Counted from the first letter of the stretch, positions 50,809 through 61,749 are shown. The stretch is 64,000 nt of DNA from Polyangiaceae bacterium (GCA_965222375.1 CBDCTZ010000016.1:2816001-2880000); one strand, 5' to 3'. Program-made: numbers and translations. Notes: generated by a model from the sequence alone, not told the origin.

Positions 50809-51018
50809 ATCGCGCAATGCGTTTTGTTTCGCCATGCATCGAGGCACTCGTGCGTTTGCGATTTGGGATCTTGCGTCTGGACGCGTACTGCCACGCTCGA
50901 ACGCGTCCTTCCACGACTGCCTGCTGCAGCGTGGAGCGCGATCAGAGTCCGAAATTCCAGTCACGTTGTGCTCACAATTGCGCGGTTTTCTGGGTGAACA
51001 ACTCGCTGACGCAACACA
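50809..51018 (+). mobile_element. Non-coding right end of the IS481-like element
   Basis: Ends GTGAACAACTCGCTGACGCAACACA (ACA-3' terminus as in IS481); similarity to the 47380-47584 copy stops there. Confidence 0.72.
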
Positions 51019-51068
51019 GCAAAACCAGCCCCGAAATACGGTAAAATAATGGCGATTCTTGCGCTACT

Positions 51069-51090
51069 TGCATGTATGGGAATACTTGCA
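51069..51090. promoter_or_regulatory. Candidate SahR operator
   Basis: TGCATGTAT-GGGA-ATACTTGCA (8/9 IR), 15 bp upstream of the ArsR-methyltransferase start. Confidence 0.55.
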
Positions 51091-51105
51091 TATAGATCCC
51101 GCCCC

Positions 51106-52125
51106 ATGGTGACCGCAGCCCCCCAAGTGGCCGAAGAGCGTTGGCAGCTCTATCGCCTGCTGGCCGATCCGAATCGGCTGCGGCTGCTTGCGCTTTCTGC
51201 CACAGAAGAGCTGTCCGTGGGGGAATTGGCCGAACTCCTGGGGGAACCCCAGCCGAATGTCTCGCGGCACGCCTCTCCTTTGCGCCAGGCGGGTCTGCTG
51301 GCGCATCGCAAGGACGGCACCCGCATCTTCGTGCATCTAGCCGACTCGGTGCAGAGCGATCCGGTTGTCGTGGATGCGCTCAGCGCCGGCCGCAAGCTCT
51401 GCGAGGAAGACGGCAGCTTGGACCGCGTCGCTTCCGTCATCGCTCGCCGCGATGCCAAGGCGCGGGAGTTCTTCGCGCGGCCGGGCAGTGTCGAGGTCAG
51501 CGTTTCACCCAACTTGCCTGTGTACTTGCATGCATTCGAAGGCTTGCTCAGCCCGGCGAACGTTGCGGTGGATGCCGGAACCGGAGACGGTGAGTTGCTC
51601 GACATTCTCGCGCCGTTGTTCGGCCGCGTAGTGGCGCTGGACCGAAGTGCGGCCCAGCTCGACCGCGCTCGAACCAGGATTGCGGCGCGAGGTTACGACA
51701 ACGTAGAACTGATGGAGGGTGATGTCAGCGCGGTCACGAGCCCCTTGGGCGCCGACCTGGTGGTTGCGGCTCGCATGCTGCATCACGCGCCGCGCCCCAG
51801 GCCGGCGCTGTCGGAGCTAGCGAGCTTGGCGCGCCCCGGCGGCCACGTGCTGGTGATCGACTACGCCCGCCACGATGATGAGCGCTTGAGCGATGAACTT
51901 GCGGACTTGTGGCTCGGCTTTTCCAAGGATGAGCTGGCGAGTTTCGCGCGCGACGCGGGACTGGAGGACGTGGCAGTCCGCGACATTCCGCGGGGCCTGC
52001 ATCGCTTCGGCCCCGACGCTCACCTTGGATGGATTTACGCAGTGGGGACTCGACCTGTCGACTCCTCTCCTCAAACGACCAACAGCCGCTCAGCGGCTCG
52101 AAAGCATAGAAAGACGCAACAATGA
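51106..52125 (+). CDS. sahR: ArsR-family regulator fused to a SAM-methyltransferase domain (SahR)
   Basis: [40 protein letters not shown] overlap with ahcY. Confidence 0.87.
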   Translation: MVTAAPQVAEERWQLYRLLADPNRLRLLALSATEELSVGELAELLGEPQPNVSRHASPLRQAGLLAHRKDGTRIFVHLADSVQSDPVVVDALSAGRKLCEEDGSLDRVASVIARRDAKAREFFARPGSVEVSVSPNLPVYLHAFEGLLSPANVAVDAGTGDGELLDILAPLFGRVVALDRSAAQLDRARTRIAARGYDNVELMEGDVSAVTSPLGADLVVAARMLHHAPRPRPALSELASLARPGGHVLVIDYARHDDERLSDELADLWLGFSKDELASFARDAGLEDVAVRDIPRGLHRFGPDAHLGWIYAVGTRPVDSSPQTTNSRSAARKHRKTQQ

Positions 52126-53561
52126 CACAGAGTGTTTCAGTATCCGATAGCAAGAAGGCCGGCGGCAAAGACTACTTCGTCAAAGACATGGGCGAAGCGG
52201 ATTTCGGTCGCAAAGAGATCACCATCGCCGAAAAAGAGATGCCCGGCCTCATGGCGACTCGGGAAAAGTACGGCCCGCAAAAGCCCCTGAAGGGCGTGCG
52301 AGTCTCCGGTTCCTTGCACATGACGATTCAGACCGCGGTGCTGATCGAGACTCTCAAGGATCTCGGTGCCGACGTGCGTTGGGCGTCCTGCAACATCTTC
52401 TCGACCCAGGACCATGCGGCGGCGGCCATCGCGGCGACGGGTACGCCCGTGTTCGCGTTCAAAGGTGAGAGCCTCGAGGAGTACTGGGACTTCACTTTCC
52501 GCATGCTGACCTGGCCGGACGGCAAAGGTCCGCAGCTGATCGTGGACGACGGTGGCGACGCGACCCTGCTGATCCATCGCGGTTACTACGCGGAGAAGAA
52601 CCCCGCGATTCTCGACGAGCCCACCGACAATGAAGAGCTCCAGCTCGTCAACAAGCTGCTCAAGCGCGTGCAGAAGGAAAACCCCAAGCACTGGCACAAG
52701 ATCGTCGAGGACATCGTGGGTGTGTCCGAGGAAACCACCACGGGCGTGCACCGGCTGTACGAGATGCAGAAGAAGGGCGAGCTGCTATTCCCGGCCATCA
52801 ACGTCAACGACTCGGTGACCAAGAGCAAGTTCGACAACGTCTACGGCTGCCGCGAATCCCTCGTGGATGCCATCAAGCGCGCTCTAGACCTGATGATTGC
52901 CGGCAAGACCGCCGTGGTCTGTGGTTTCGGCGATGTGGGCAAGGGCTCGGCCCAGGCGTTGCAGGGTCACCACGCGCAGGTTCACGTGACCGAGGTCGAC
53001 CCCATCTGCGCGCTTCAGGCGTGCATGGGTGGCTTCAAGGTCGTCACCGTCGAAGACGCTCTGCCCTACGCCGACATCTACGTCACCACCACGGGCAACA
53101 AGGACATCATCACCGCCGAGCACATGGCCAAGATGAAGGACCAAGCCGTGGTCTGCAACATCGGCCACTTCGACAACGAGATCCAGGTGGCGAAGCTGAT
53201 GGCGTACCCCGGCATCAAGCGCACCAACATCAAGCCCCAGGTGGACATGTTCACGTTCCCCGACGGCCACTCGATCTACCTTCTTGCCGAAGGTCGCTTG
53301 GTCAACCTCGGTTGTGCAACTGGTCACCCGAGCTTCGTGATGAGCAACTCTTTCACGAACCAGACCCTCGCGCAGATCGACTTGTGGAAGAACAAGCGCA
53401 ACGTGGGCGTCTACGTACTCGACAAGAAGCTGGACGAGGAAGTCGCGCGTCTGCATCTGTCCAAGCTGGGCGCGAAGCTCACCAAGCTCACCCCAGAGCA
53501 GGCCGAGTACATCGGCGTCGAGGTGGACGGGCCCTTCAAGCCCGAGCAGTACCGCTACTGA
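52122..53561 (+). CDS. ahcY: Adenosylhomocysteinase
   Basis: [53 protein letters not shown]. Confidence 0.98.
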   Translation: MTQSVSVSDSKKAGGKDYFVKDMGEADFGRKEITIAEKEMPGLMATREKYGPQKPLKGVRVSGSLHMTIQTAVLIETLKDLGADVRWASCNIFSTQDHAAAAIAATGTPVFAFKGESLEEYWDFTFRMLTWPDGKGPQLIVDDGGDATLLIHRGYYAEKNPAILDEPTDNEELQLVNKLLKRVQKENPKHWHKIVEDIVGVSEETTTGVHRLYEMQKKGELLFPAINVNDSVTKSKFDNVYGCRESLVDAIKRALDLMIAGKTAVVCGFGDVGKGSAQALQGHHAQVHVTEVDPICALQACMGGFKVVTVEDALPYADIYVTTTGNKDIITAEHMAKMKDQAVVCNIGHFDNEIQVAKLMAYPGIKRTNIKPQVDMFTFPDGHSIYLLAEGRLVNLGCATGHPSFVMSNSFTNQTLAQIDLWKNKRNVGVYVLDKKLDEEVARLHLSKLGAKLTKLTPEQAEYIGVEVDGPFKPEQYRY

Positions 53562-53585
53562 TAGCCAAGCTGCCCAACAAACGAG

Positions 53586-53620
53586 CGGCGTGGTCCTTGC
53601 GGGCTACGCCGCTTTTTTTT
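53586..53620 (+). terminator. Rho-independent terminator after ahcY
   Basis: AGCGGCGTGGTCC-TTGC-GGGCTACGCCGC followed by a T run. Confidence 0.85.
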
Positions 53621-53635
53621 GCTAAGCTGCGCGGC

Positions 53636-54673
53636 ATGCGAATCAGCGCAATCGTGGTTGCCACGGCTCTGGCTGCTCTGGGCTGTGGAAAATCCGACGA
53701 CACGAAGGGTGGCAGCGGTGGAAGCGCAGGGGACGCGGCCGCCGACGGAACCAGCACCAACTGCAAGACCGACAGCGCTACGAGCCTCATGGACTGCGTG
53801 GACACGGAGCTACTCAAGAAGGATGTGACCTTCATCGCCAAGCCGCGGGCGCCGGGCACGGCCCATTGGCAAGCGGTCCAAGACCTGTGCGCTGATCGCT
53901 TCGCTAAGTACGGTTTCACGGTGGAACGCCACAAGTACGCCACCGGCGTCAACGTCATCGGGCGCAAGCCCGGCACGGGCAAACCGGACGATCAAGTCAT
54001 CGTCTCGGCCCACTACGACAGCACGCCGGGCTGCAGTGGCGCCGACGACAACGCCACCGGCGTCGCGGCGGTCTTGGAGACCGCGAGGATTCTGGGTCCT
54101 CTTTCCTTCGACCAGACCTTGGTGGTCGCGTGCTGGGACGAGGAAGAGGACGGTCTGATCGGCGCCCAGGCCTACGCGAATCGCGCCAAGAGCCAGGGCG
54201 AGAAGGTCACAGTCATGTATTCCCTCGAGATGATCGGCTACACCAACGACGCACCAAACTCGCAAACGGTCCCAGCCGGCTTCGACCTGTTGTTCCCCGA
54301 GGAGATCAAGAAGGTCGAGGGCAATCAGTTTCGTGCGGACTTCGTCGCCCAAGTCAGCATCGACAACGCCATGCCATCCCTCAACGCCTTTCGGGCGCAT
54401 GCTGACGCGATCGGCTTGCCGAATGTCCTGTTGACCGTGACTCCTGCCCAGGCCCTCAACCCGCTTCTGTCCGACTTGCAGCGCTCGGATCACGCGGCGT
54501 TTTGGCAAGCCGGCTATCCGGGAATCATGGTCACGGATACGAGCAACTTCCGCTACAAGCAGTATCACTGCGCCGGAGGCGAGGACGATATCTCGCTGCT
54601 CGACTTCGACTTCATGACCAAGGTCACCAAGGCGCAGCTGGGCGCCGAGGTGGACGTCCTCGGGCTGAAGTAG
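53636..54673 (+). CDS. M28-family metallopeptidase lipoprotein
   Basis: ALGC lipobox, SAHYDS, GADDNATG, DEEE, LEMIG, SDH, YH. Confidence 0.9.
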   Translation: MRISAIVVATALAALGCGKSDDTKGGSGGSAGDAAADGTSTNCKTDSATSLMDCVDTELLKKDVTFIAKPRAPGTAHWQAVQDLCADRFAKYGFTVERHKYATGVNVIGRKPGTGKPDDQVIVSAHYDSTPGCSGADDNATGVAAVLETARILGPLSFDQTLVVACWDEEEDGLIGAQAYANRAKSQGEKVTVMYSLEMIGYTNDAPNSQTVPAGFDLLFPEEIKKVEGNQFRADFVAQVSIDNAMPSLNAFRAHADAIGLPNVLLTVTPAQALNPLLSDLQRSDHAAFWQAGYPGIMVTDTSNFRYKQYHCAGGEDDISLLDFDFMTKVTKAQLGAEVDVLGLK

Positions 54674-54676
54674 CGC

Positions 54677-55936
54677 TCAGCGGAAGATCAGCGCGACCAG
54701 CACCACCAGCATCGCTAACGCGCACACCGCTGCAATCGCGATGCCCCAGGGGGGAAGCGCCGGCTTCGCGGACGGTGGCGCCGAGGCTGGTCGCTCTGCC
54801 GGACCCGACTGCGACTGCTGCGGCGCGGACTCGGCCTGCGTGTTGTGAAGATGCTTCTGCCGCTGCTGAAAGTGCGTCGTGATCATCGCCCCGAGGGCGG
54901 CAGTCGCGTCACCCGCGCCCTGCACCTCTCGAGCGGTAGCAAGAGCATCAGCAAACTCCGACGCGGACGCGAAGCGTTGCGTCGGATCCGAAGCACATGC
55001 CTTGGCCACGATCTCCGAGAGTTTGGCTGGCACATCCGGCCGAATGGCGCCGGGGTCGATGCGCTTCATGTGCAGTAGCCGTAAGATCGAATCTCCGGCG
55101 CTCTTGCCATCGAAGGCTCGCTGCAGCGTGAGTGCTTCGAACAGCACGATGCCCAAAGAGAAGATGTCCGAGCGGCGGTCGACGGTCTCGCCCCGAGCAT
55201 GCTCCGGAGACATGTAGGCGAATCGGCCCTTGAGCAGCCCTTTGGCGGTTGTCATGCCGCGGTCGGAGAACTTTGCGATCCCGAAATCCGACAGTGCCAC
55301 CCGACCCTGAAAGGAGAGCAGGATGTTTTGCGGCGAAATGTCTCGGTGTACGAGTTGAATCGGATTGCCGGAGGCATCCCGGAGCTCGTGCGCGTGGTGC
55401 AGACCCCGCGCGGCTTTCTCGATCACCCAGCTTGCGAGCCAGGGATCCAACTGGCGCCCATGTCGCCTGCAGGCCGCCAGGAGTTCCGAAAGCGACGCGC
55501 CCAGCAAGAGCTCCATGACCAGGAAGGGCACTCCCTCGTGGTCGCCGGATTCCAATGTGCGAACGACGTTGTCGTGGTCCAGGCTCGTCGTGACCCTCGC
55601 TTCCGCGAGAAAGGTGAGCAGCCCGCGCTCGTCCCGCTCGATCTTGTCCATCACCTTCACGGCATAGACGGCGTCGGGCCGCCCCTGCTGCTCTGCGACG
55701 TAAACCGACGAGGTGCCGCCGGAAGCTAGCTGGTACAGGATGCGGTAGTTGCCAATCTGCAGCGGAGGCGGCGGTTCGCTCGCTACGCGCCAAGATGGTT
55801 TGGAGCTATGCGGCCTGGAAGCAGCCGGCCGCGAGCCCAAGGGTCGGGAGCCCCGCATGTGCGCGCTGCGCGGGCGTGGCGACGCGTCGGGTTGCGGCGC
55901 GCGAGCGGCGGTGCGGGAGCGGGCGGGCGCGGTCAC
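54677..55936 (-). CDS. Ser/Thr protein kinase with C-terminal TM helix
   Basis: LASGG, YAVK, HRDISPQN, DFG, YMSPE, DIFSLG. Confidence 0.92.
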   Translation of the reverse strand: MTAPARSRTAARAPQPDASPRPRSAHMRGSRPLGSRPAASRPHSSKPSWRVASEPPPPLQIGNYRILYQLASGGTSSVYVAEQQGRPDAVYAVKVMDKIERDERGLLTFLAEARVTTSLDHDNVVRTLESGDHEGVPFLVMELLLGASLSELLAACRRHGRQLDPWLASWVIEKAARGLHHAHELRDASGNPIQLVHRDISPQNILLSFQGRVALSDFGIAKFSDRGMTTAKGLLKGRFAYMSPEHARGETVDRRSDIFSLGIVLFEALTLQRAFDGKSAGDSILRLLHMKRIDPGAIRPDVPAKLSEIVAKACASDPTQRFASASEFADALATAREVQGAGDATAALGAMITTHFQQRQKHLHNTQAESAPQQSQSGPAERPASAPPSAKPALPPWGIAIAAVCALAMLVVLVALIFR

Positions 55937-56145
55937 TGGGGCCGGGAAGTTAACACGCCGCGGTAGAAGAGACCGTTGGCAGGGGTCATATCAGCTCTTT
56001 TTGGTACCAAGCGTTGCAGCCAAAATGCCGTGTAGAACCCCGGTAGCTCGATAGCGGGCTGAAAGCCAAACTTCTTGTACGGACTCTGGGCGGCGTGCAT
56101 GTGCTCCAGGGTTTCCAGTGTAGCGGAGGCCGCAGCACGCGATTT

Positions 56146-56205
56146 GGGGGAGGCCGCCCGCCCGCAGCGCCAGGGGCGCGAGGACGGACGGGGTGGGGGC
56201 AGCCC
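56146..56205. repeat. REP-like GC-rich hairpin
   Basis: CCCGCCCG-CAGCGC...GCGAGGA-CGGACGGG imperfect stem just 3' of a minus-strand gene. Confidence 0.35.
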
Positions 56206-56220
56206 AACAAAAGAACGTCC

Positions 56221-57081
56221 TCAGGGCGTCAGCGAGACTTCGAAGCGATTGGCGCCGAACTGCTCCACGATTTCGTAGAGCGGCGGCGCGATGTCGTAGA
56301 CGTCTGGTTGGTAGCCGAGGGTCGGCAAGTCGGTCCAGCGAAACGCTCGGTTCAGGTTGGCTACGATGGTCAGGGTGCCGGCGCTCGTCGGGGTGACGGT
56401 CAAGTCCAGGGGGAAGTACACGGCCCAAGCGCCATTTTCGACCTTGGCTTCGGCCTCCGCCGTCTTGGTGACGCTCGGAATCGGCGTGACGCCCGTGAAG
56501 TCCTTCGTGGCGCCTCCGGCGGCGAAGGTGTGCTCGAAGTCGCCTGCGGCGTAGGTCTTGCCGCTTACGCTCACTCCTTCGGACGTGATCTGCAAGATAG
56601 ACAATTTGCCTGCAGTGGGCGTGATGCTGTCGTGCAGGGTCGCGTCCACGTCGAAGCGAGACCAGTCTTGAACCAAGCGCGCCTGCACGTAGTGCCCGGG
56701 GCGGATCTCGCTCGGACTCAGGGTGCCAAGCTTCGTGGTTGCGCCGTCATCGTAGCTCACGTTGACGGCTGCGCCGGAATACAGCACGAAGCGGCCACCC
56801 TGGTCGTCAATGAGTTCCAAGGAGCTGACGCCGGCGGTCACGTTTTGCGCCGTTTGGGATGCAAGCTTGTCTTGGTGCGGGTAGCTGGCCGTGCTGCCTT
56901 GGATCACGACGCGCAGCGTCGTTGCGGAGCCGCCGCCACTGCCCGCGGCTCCACTACTTCCAGCTGCGCCGCTACTGCCCGCGGCTCCGGCGCTGCCCCC
57001 TGCACCGAGATTGCTCGATTCGCCGGAGCTGCCGCACGCCATACACAAGACACCGATTGGAAAAAGGAATCGCAGTTTCAT
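56221..57081 (-). CDS. Hypothetical lipoprotein
   Basis: CMAC lipobox, Gly/Ser linker, beta-rich domain. Confidence 0.78.
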   Translation of the reverse strand: MKLRFLFPIGVLCMACGSSGESSNLGAGGSAGAAGSSGAAGSSGAAGSGGGSATTLRVVIQGSTASYPHQDKLASQTAQNVTAGVSSLELIDDQGGRFVLYSGAAVNVSYDDGATTKLGTLSPSEIRPGHYVQARLVQDWSRFDVDATLHDSITPTAGKLSILQITSEGVSVSGKTYAAGDFEHTFAAGGATKDFTGVTPIPSVTKTAEAEAKVENGAWAVYFPLDLTVTPTSAGTLTIVANLNRAFRWTDLPTLGYQPDVYDIAPPLYEIVEQFGANRFEVSLTP

Positions 57082-57373
57082 GGTCGCCCCGCCTTGCACT
57101 GTTCGTGCCGCCGAATCTGTCCGTTGGCAAGGCGTGATCGAGGTCAATTGCGTGCCGACAAACTTTGGGCCAATTCTCTGGCGTGGCGAGGCGCCCGTGG
57201 CAAGGGGACGGCCTACCGTGACTTTCGCTTCACAGCGGAGGGGGGACTTCGGAGTCACGCTGCCGGCGGACTATCCGGGGCTACGAACCCGGAGCCCTCG
57301 AATAAGGGCTCGCTCGAGGGCCCCTGGTTACGGCCCCGGGGACCTCGGCGGCAGCGGTGATAAGCTGGCGCCA

Positions 57374-58606
57374 ATGGCCAATCTGCGTGTTTCGCTGCTC
57401 TGCCTGGGGATGCTCACGCTCGGCTGTGGCTCCGGCTCACCCGCTTCCCGGGCCAAAGCTCCGGAAATGCCAACGGAGCAGACCAAGTGCAAGATCGCCG
57501 CCGGTTCTGAGAATCCCTTGGTCACCGAGTGGCCCGCCTCCGAGAAGGCCAACCTGGAAGCACGGCTGCGCGAGGGTGGCGTCGTGGTGCAGTACGGCGG
57601 CTGCGAGATGAAGCTCCTCCCTCAATGCCGGGTGCGGGGGCGTTACGGCTGGCGTCGCACGACGACTGCCACGGACACCTTGGAAATCCGCGATGCGGAC
57701 GAGCTGTACGCAAAGCTTCCCCTGGGCGCCGTGCAACTCGAAGGCGAGCTCGCCCGGTCTGGGCGACTGGCGGTGCAGACGACGGTCAGCGGTCAACTGG
57801 AGCTTTCCGGTCACGACTTCAACACCGTGGAGCGGGACCGCTCCTGCGATGGCGCGACCCATATCGTTGGTGCACTTTCCGTCGGCGCGTTCAAACTGCG
57901 CTCCGGCGGCACCGTGCGTGCGGGTGGTGGAGTTGGCGTGATGGGCGCCGGCGCCGGCGCAAAGACACAGAGCTCAGAAACGGTGATGCGGGAAGCTGGC
58001 GACCCCGCCGTGTGTGGGCAAGCTACGGAGCAAGCCCCGAATCCCGAATGTGGTTCGCCCATCCAGATCTTCCTACGCCCGTTGCCAAAAACCCTGAGAG
58101 ATCGCGCTCCCGAAGGCACCATGAAGGTCGCTTTCGCGACCGGCGAAACCGATACGGACTGGGAAGTGATGGTTGGGGATCGCACGCTGTGCAAGACGCC
58201 CTGCGAGAAATTCATCGATCCCGTCATGCCCGTTTCGATGGTGCACGACGCGGGCTTTTTGCAGCAGGATCACGTCGTCGATGTGCCCGATCTGCGGGAG
58301 CATCAGGCGGATGCGCCGCTCACTATCAAGGCGCACAAGCGCAAGACGGGGCTGCTCGTCTTGGGCATCAATGGTGCGACCTTCGGCGGATTGGCGACCG
58401 CCGGTGGCATCGCCTTCCTGGCGATTGGCTGCCCGAGTGAAGACAAGAAGGGGCTGTGTACTGCGGGGGCCATCACGCTGCCTCTCGGCGCGGCGCTACT
58501 GGGCTTGGGGATCTACGCCATCGTCAACTCAGGCTCCCGGGCGGAAATCGTCCCGCAGACCGGTCTGCGCATGCCCTCGGAATTCGGAGTGGGCGGGAAG
58601 TTCTAA
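57374..58606 (+). CDS. Hypothetical lipoprotein with C-terminal hydrophobic helices
   Basis: TLGC lipobox, PLVTEW, CKTPC, two TM segments. Confidence 0.75.
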   Translation: MANLRVSLLCLGMLTLGCGSGSPASRAKAPEMPTEQTKCKIAAGSENPLVTEWPASEKANLEARLREGGVVVQYGGCEMKLLPQCRVRGRYGWRRTTTATDTLEIRDADELYAKLPLGAVQLEGELARSGRLAVQTTVSGQLELSGHDFNTVERDRSCDGATHIVGALSVGAFKLRSGGTVRAGGGVGVMGAGAGAKTQSSETVMREAGDPAVCGQATEQAPNPECGSPIQIFLRPLPKTLRDRAPEGTMKVAFATGETDTDWEVMVGDRTLCKTPCEKFIDPVMPVSMVHDAGFLQQDHVVDVPDLREHQADAPLTIKAHKRKTGLLVLGINGATFGGLATAGGIAFLAIGCPSEDKKGLCTAGAITLPLGAALLGLGIYAIVNSGSRAEIVPQTGLRMPSEFGVGGKF

Positions 58607-58623
58607 GCGCAGGAGTTTTCGAC

Positions 58624-59559
58624 TCACTGCTTGCGAAAATAGCGCCCGAATACATAGAGCCCCGTCGACTTTTCGACGGCCCAGCGCGGGATCGCGAAGC
58701 GATTGGTCGTCGTGTGCACTTTGGCGCCGACTGCTGCAAAACCCGCTCGATAACCCGCAGCTTCGACCGCTCGTTGCACCCGCCTGTTGTGAGCACCCAG
58801 CGGGTAGATGAACGCCTCGGGGCGGACTCCCACGTGCCGTTCGATGAGCTCCCGCGAATGCACGAGTTCGAGCTCGAGATGGCGTGGACCCAGACGAGTG
58901 AGATTGCGATGGGTGTGGCTGTGATTGGCGACCGTAGCCAGGCCCGAGGCGACGAGCTCTTTCAGCTCGGCCCAGGTCATAGTGCCTCTCGAGTCGTGAT
59001 TGACGACGGCCTCGGTTGCGATGGCGACTGTGAAGGGCAGCCCTCGTTCTTTCAAAATCGGGAAGGCCGTGGTGTAGCCGTTTCGTTCACCGTCATCGAT
59101 GGTGATGACGGCGATGCGCTTGGGTAGCCGTCGCTTCCCTTCCAGGAAATCCAACAGTGCGCCGAGCGGTACGACCTCGATCTCGTTTTCCGCCAAGAAG
59201 TCCAACTGCGACTTGAACGCGGTTGGGGAAACCGCGGGGCGCTGGACACTGAACCAACCAAAGCTGTGATACAGCAGCACCCGAGCGTCGGTTTCTTCCC
59301 TTGCCACCAAGGCGTTCTTGGGCTGCCAACGGTCCTTCGATGGGTCTGTGGTCTGTTGGCTGTCTCCGCTAGCGTCGGGCAAATCCGCCGTGGCTTGTGA
59401 AGCTGGGACTTCGGGCTGGATAGTTTGCGCTGCGGCTTCGGGCCCGGGCGCGACGGTTGGCGCGACGCTGTCCACCATGCGGGTCGGGGCGGCTTTCGGC
59501 GAATGGCCGCAGGCCGCCACTGCCGCAAGCATGAACCACCCCGGGAAACGCCGAGTCAC
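58624..59559 (-). CDS. Polysaccharide deacetylase lipoprotein (PgaB/IcaB-like CE4)
   Basis: VAAC lipobox, VLLYH, ITIDDG, NHSHTH, FIYPLG, IPR. Confidence 0.88.
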   Translation of the reverse strand: MTRRFPGWFMLAAVAACGHSPKAAPTRMVDSVAPTVAPGPEAAAQTIQPEVPASQATADLPDASGDSQQTTDPSKDRWQPKNALVAREETDARVLLYHSFGWFSVQRPAVSPTAFKSQLDFLAENEIEVVPLGALLDFLEGKRRLPKRIAVITIDDGERNGYTTAFPILKERGLPFTVAIATEAVVNHDSRGTMTWAELKELVASGLATVANHSHTHRNLTRLGPRHLELELVHSRELIERHVGVRPEAFIYPLGAHNRRVQRAVEAAGYRAGFAAVGAKVHTTTNRFAIPRWAVEKSTGLYVFGRYFRKQ

Positions 59560-59628
59560 AGTGAAACGCTAGCGGATCTAGCGGCAGCGGCCCAAATTCC
59601 GCGCCCGAGAGCCGAGCGTCACCGGGCG

Positions 59629-61155
59629 CTAGAACGCCTTCTTCACGTAGAGCACCACGTTGCGATCGTCCGCGTTGCCGCTCTGGTCTTCGATCCAGCC
59701 GCTGGTGAGATCCACCACCGAGCGCTTGCGTCCGTCTTCGGCGATAGGGTCGCCTTCGGTCGAGTAGTCGAGGTTGATGGCGCGCAGTGCCATGAAGCCG
59801 TTGTCCTTGTCCCAAACCTCGATCATGCGCATCTGGTTCGGGTAGTCGGCCAGCGCCGCGGTGATCAACTCCCAATAGGGCATCGCCCCCGCGGCTTGTC
59901 GAATGTGCACGCGGTGAATGTGAGAGTGCCCTGTCAGGTGGGCTAATACGTTTTTGTAGCTCCCTACTACGGCGCGCCACTCTTCTTCCGTGAGGGCGCC
60001 CTCTTGGACTTTGCCGCCGAGGGTCCCGTCCGCGAGGGTATTCGAGCTGTGGTGCGACGCGAGGATCACCCACTTCTCATCTTTGACAGCCTGGTCCAGC
60101 GCGGGACGGATGAAACCAGACACATCCTTGTCCGTGATCACACCCTCGGCGCCGCCCAATTCTGTGGCCGAATCGATTACCAGCATGCGAATGGACGCAT
60201 TGGGCAAGTCATAGACGAAATTGGCCTTGTTGCGCGCAACGACGCTTGCATCGATGCCGTGGCCGTCGCCGTCCGCGGCTATGCCCTCGAGGATCTGCTT
60301 GACCGTGAGGGGGATGCGCCGCTCGTCGGGAACCACCACGTCCCGAGTGACCGGCCCGCCCGGTTTCGACCAGTCTCGAGCGCCAAAGGGCGCTTCATCG
60401 CCGATGGCGCGGTCGCTGAGCTCTGCGATTGGCGTGATGCCTTGCACCAACACGTCATGATTGCCGGATACCCATAGCCACGGCATCGCCAAGCCTTCCG
60501 GGATGAGCGCGTCCTTGGGGTCGTTGTCGGGGCCCGGCACCGGATCGTCGTTCTTACCTGAGTCGCACTCCACGCGGCTGCCGCCACTGAGGAGTTTCAG
60601 CAGCCACTCGTGCTCGTTCTGCTGCGCGCTGTCGACGTTGTCCCCACCGAGAATCACGAACTCGATGGGAGTGTCCTGATGCAACCGATTGATGGTGCGC
60701 ACGGCCGCATTGAGGATGTGGCACTCATGACCCTCTTGCGGGCGATAGGGGCTAGAGAAGAGCGGGAAGTCCAAGGCAGCGAAGCGCGACGGCGATTCGT
60801 CATCCACCAGCTGGATGTCCGCGAGATGCACGAAACGTGTCAGCAGTTTCGGGTTATCGCCATCGGAGGGAGGATCGGAGCCGTCGAGAGTCAGCTCTAG
60901 TACCGACTCACCGGGGCCGAACTCTGTGTCGCCGAAGCCCTGCTCCAGGAATGCGTCCATCGCTTCGGGCACTTGGACGTTCTTGTCGAGATCGGCTTGC
61001 TCCAAGGCGTGCGCGGGCACGAGGGTGCGCTCCGTCGTCAGCGGTGCCTCGCTCAGGGGTGGCAGCGGCTTGGTTTCAATGACCACCTCGTCGCTGCCGC
61101 AGGCCACGCACAGGGCCGCCGCCAGCGTGAGCCAAATTGTCTGCTGCGATTTCAT
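59629..61155 (-). CDS. Calcineurin-like metallophosphoesterase lipoprotein
   Basis: CVAC lipobox, DIQLVD, GGDNVD, GNHD, SHH, GHSH. Confidence 0.88.
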   Translation of the reverse strand: MKSQQTIWLTLAAALCVACGSDEVVIETKPLPPLSEAPLTTERTLVPAHALEQADLDKNVQVPEAMDAFLEQGFGDTEFGPGESVLELTLDGSDPPSDGDNPKLLTRFVHLADIQLVDDESPSRFAALDFPLFSSPYRPQEGHECHILNAAVRTINRLHQDTPIEFVILGGDNVDSAQQNEHEWLLKLLSGGSRVECDSGKNDDPVPGPDNDPKDALIPEGLAMPWLWVSGNHDVLVQGITPIAELSDRAIGDEAPFGARDWSKPGGPVTRDVVVPDERRIPLTVKQILEGIAADGDGHGIDASVVARNKANFVYDLPNASIRMLVIDSATELGGAEGVITDKDVSGFIRPALDQAVKDEKWVILASHHSSNTLADGTLGGKVQEGALTEEEWRAVVGSYKNVLAHLTGHSHIHRVHIRQAAGAMPYWELITAALADYPNQMRMIEVWDKDNGFMALRAINLDYSTEGDPIAEDGRKRSVVDLTSGWIEDQSGNADDRNVVLYVKKAF

Positions 61156-61648
61156 CTGGGCTCAGTCTAGCAGCGTCCAGAGCGCAGCGTTGCCAAGGGT
61201 GTGGGGGATGACGCCGCGGATGCTAGCGTCTCGGCTCGTCCGGCGCGGAAACCTCAGCGCGGCCTGCTCGTGTGCGGGTAGTCGATGGGCCGATCGGCAA
61301 CTCGGTGGCCGCGGGAGCAATGGGACGGAATCGAGCGTGTGGCGGATGGTGTCACTGTGCTGAAGCTAGCCGAAGTTCAATGCAGCAAGCCGCCGAAGGT
61401 CTCCTACGCTGCCGGGGTTCCAGGGGTGACCCCAGCCGCGGCCCGGACCCTGATTCTGGGGGGCGCGATCAAAAACGTCTGCGGGTGGAACGCCGACTCG
61501 ATCGAGTTGAAGCGCGTCGACGACATCTCGCGCGTCTCGGTTCCTCCCGAAAAAGCCGGCACTCCATTCTTGCGGTGAGTTCCAATCGCGACTCAGCCAG
61601 GTTGGCTACCACGAAGCGCGTCGAACCGAACCCAATCCCAGACATCCA

Positions 61649-61749
61649 CAACCGGCGTGGAGGCGGGCCCTCGAGCTCTTCAGACGCGAGACTGCCGCAA
61701 CCGGCGTGGAGGCGGGCCCTCGAGCTCTTCAGACGCGAGACTGCCGCAA
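61649..61749. repeat. Exact 49-bp tandem duplication spanning the mazF 3' end
   Basis: CAACCGGCGTGGAGGCGGGCCCTCGAGCTCTTCAGACGCGAGACTGCCG at 61649-61697 and 61698-61746. Confidence 0.92.

Noticed and set aside
49285..50964. 559-aa minus-strand ORF
   Set aside because: Antisense shadow of the integrase gene, typical of GC-rich DNA; no motifs.
53021..53635. N-terminal extension of the M28 peptidase ORF
   Set aside because: Off-frame overlap with ahcY and crosses a terminator; the lipoprotein signal starts at 53636.
61285..61578. 97-aa ORF between the phosphoesterase and mazF
   Set aside because: No recognisable motif or RBS; may be a gene fragment but cannot be supported.
61649..61749. CRISPR array (also considered for 30438-30508)
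   Set aside because: Only two adjacent units, no spacers, no cas genes.
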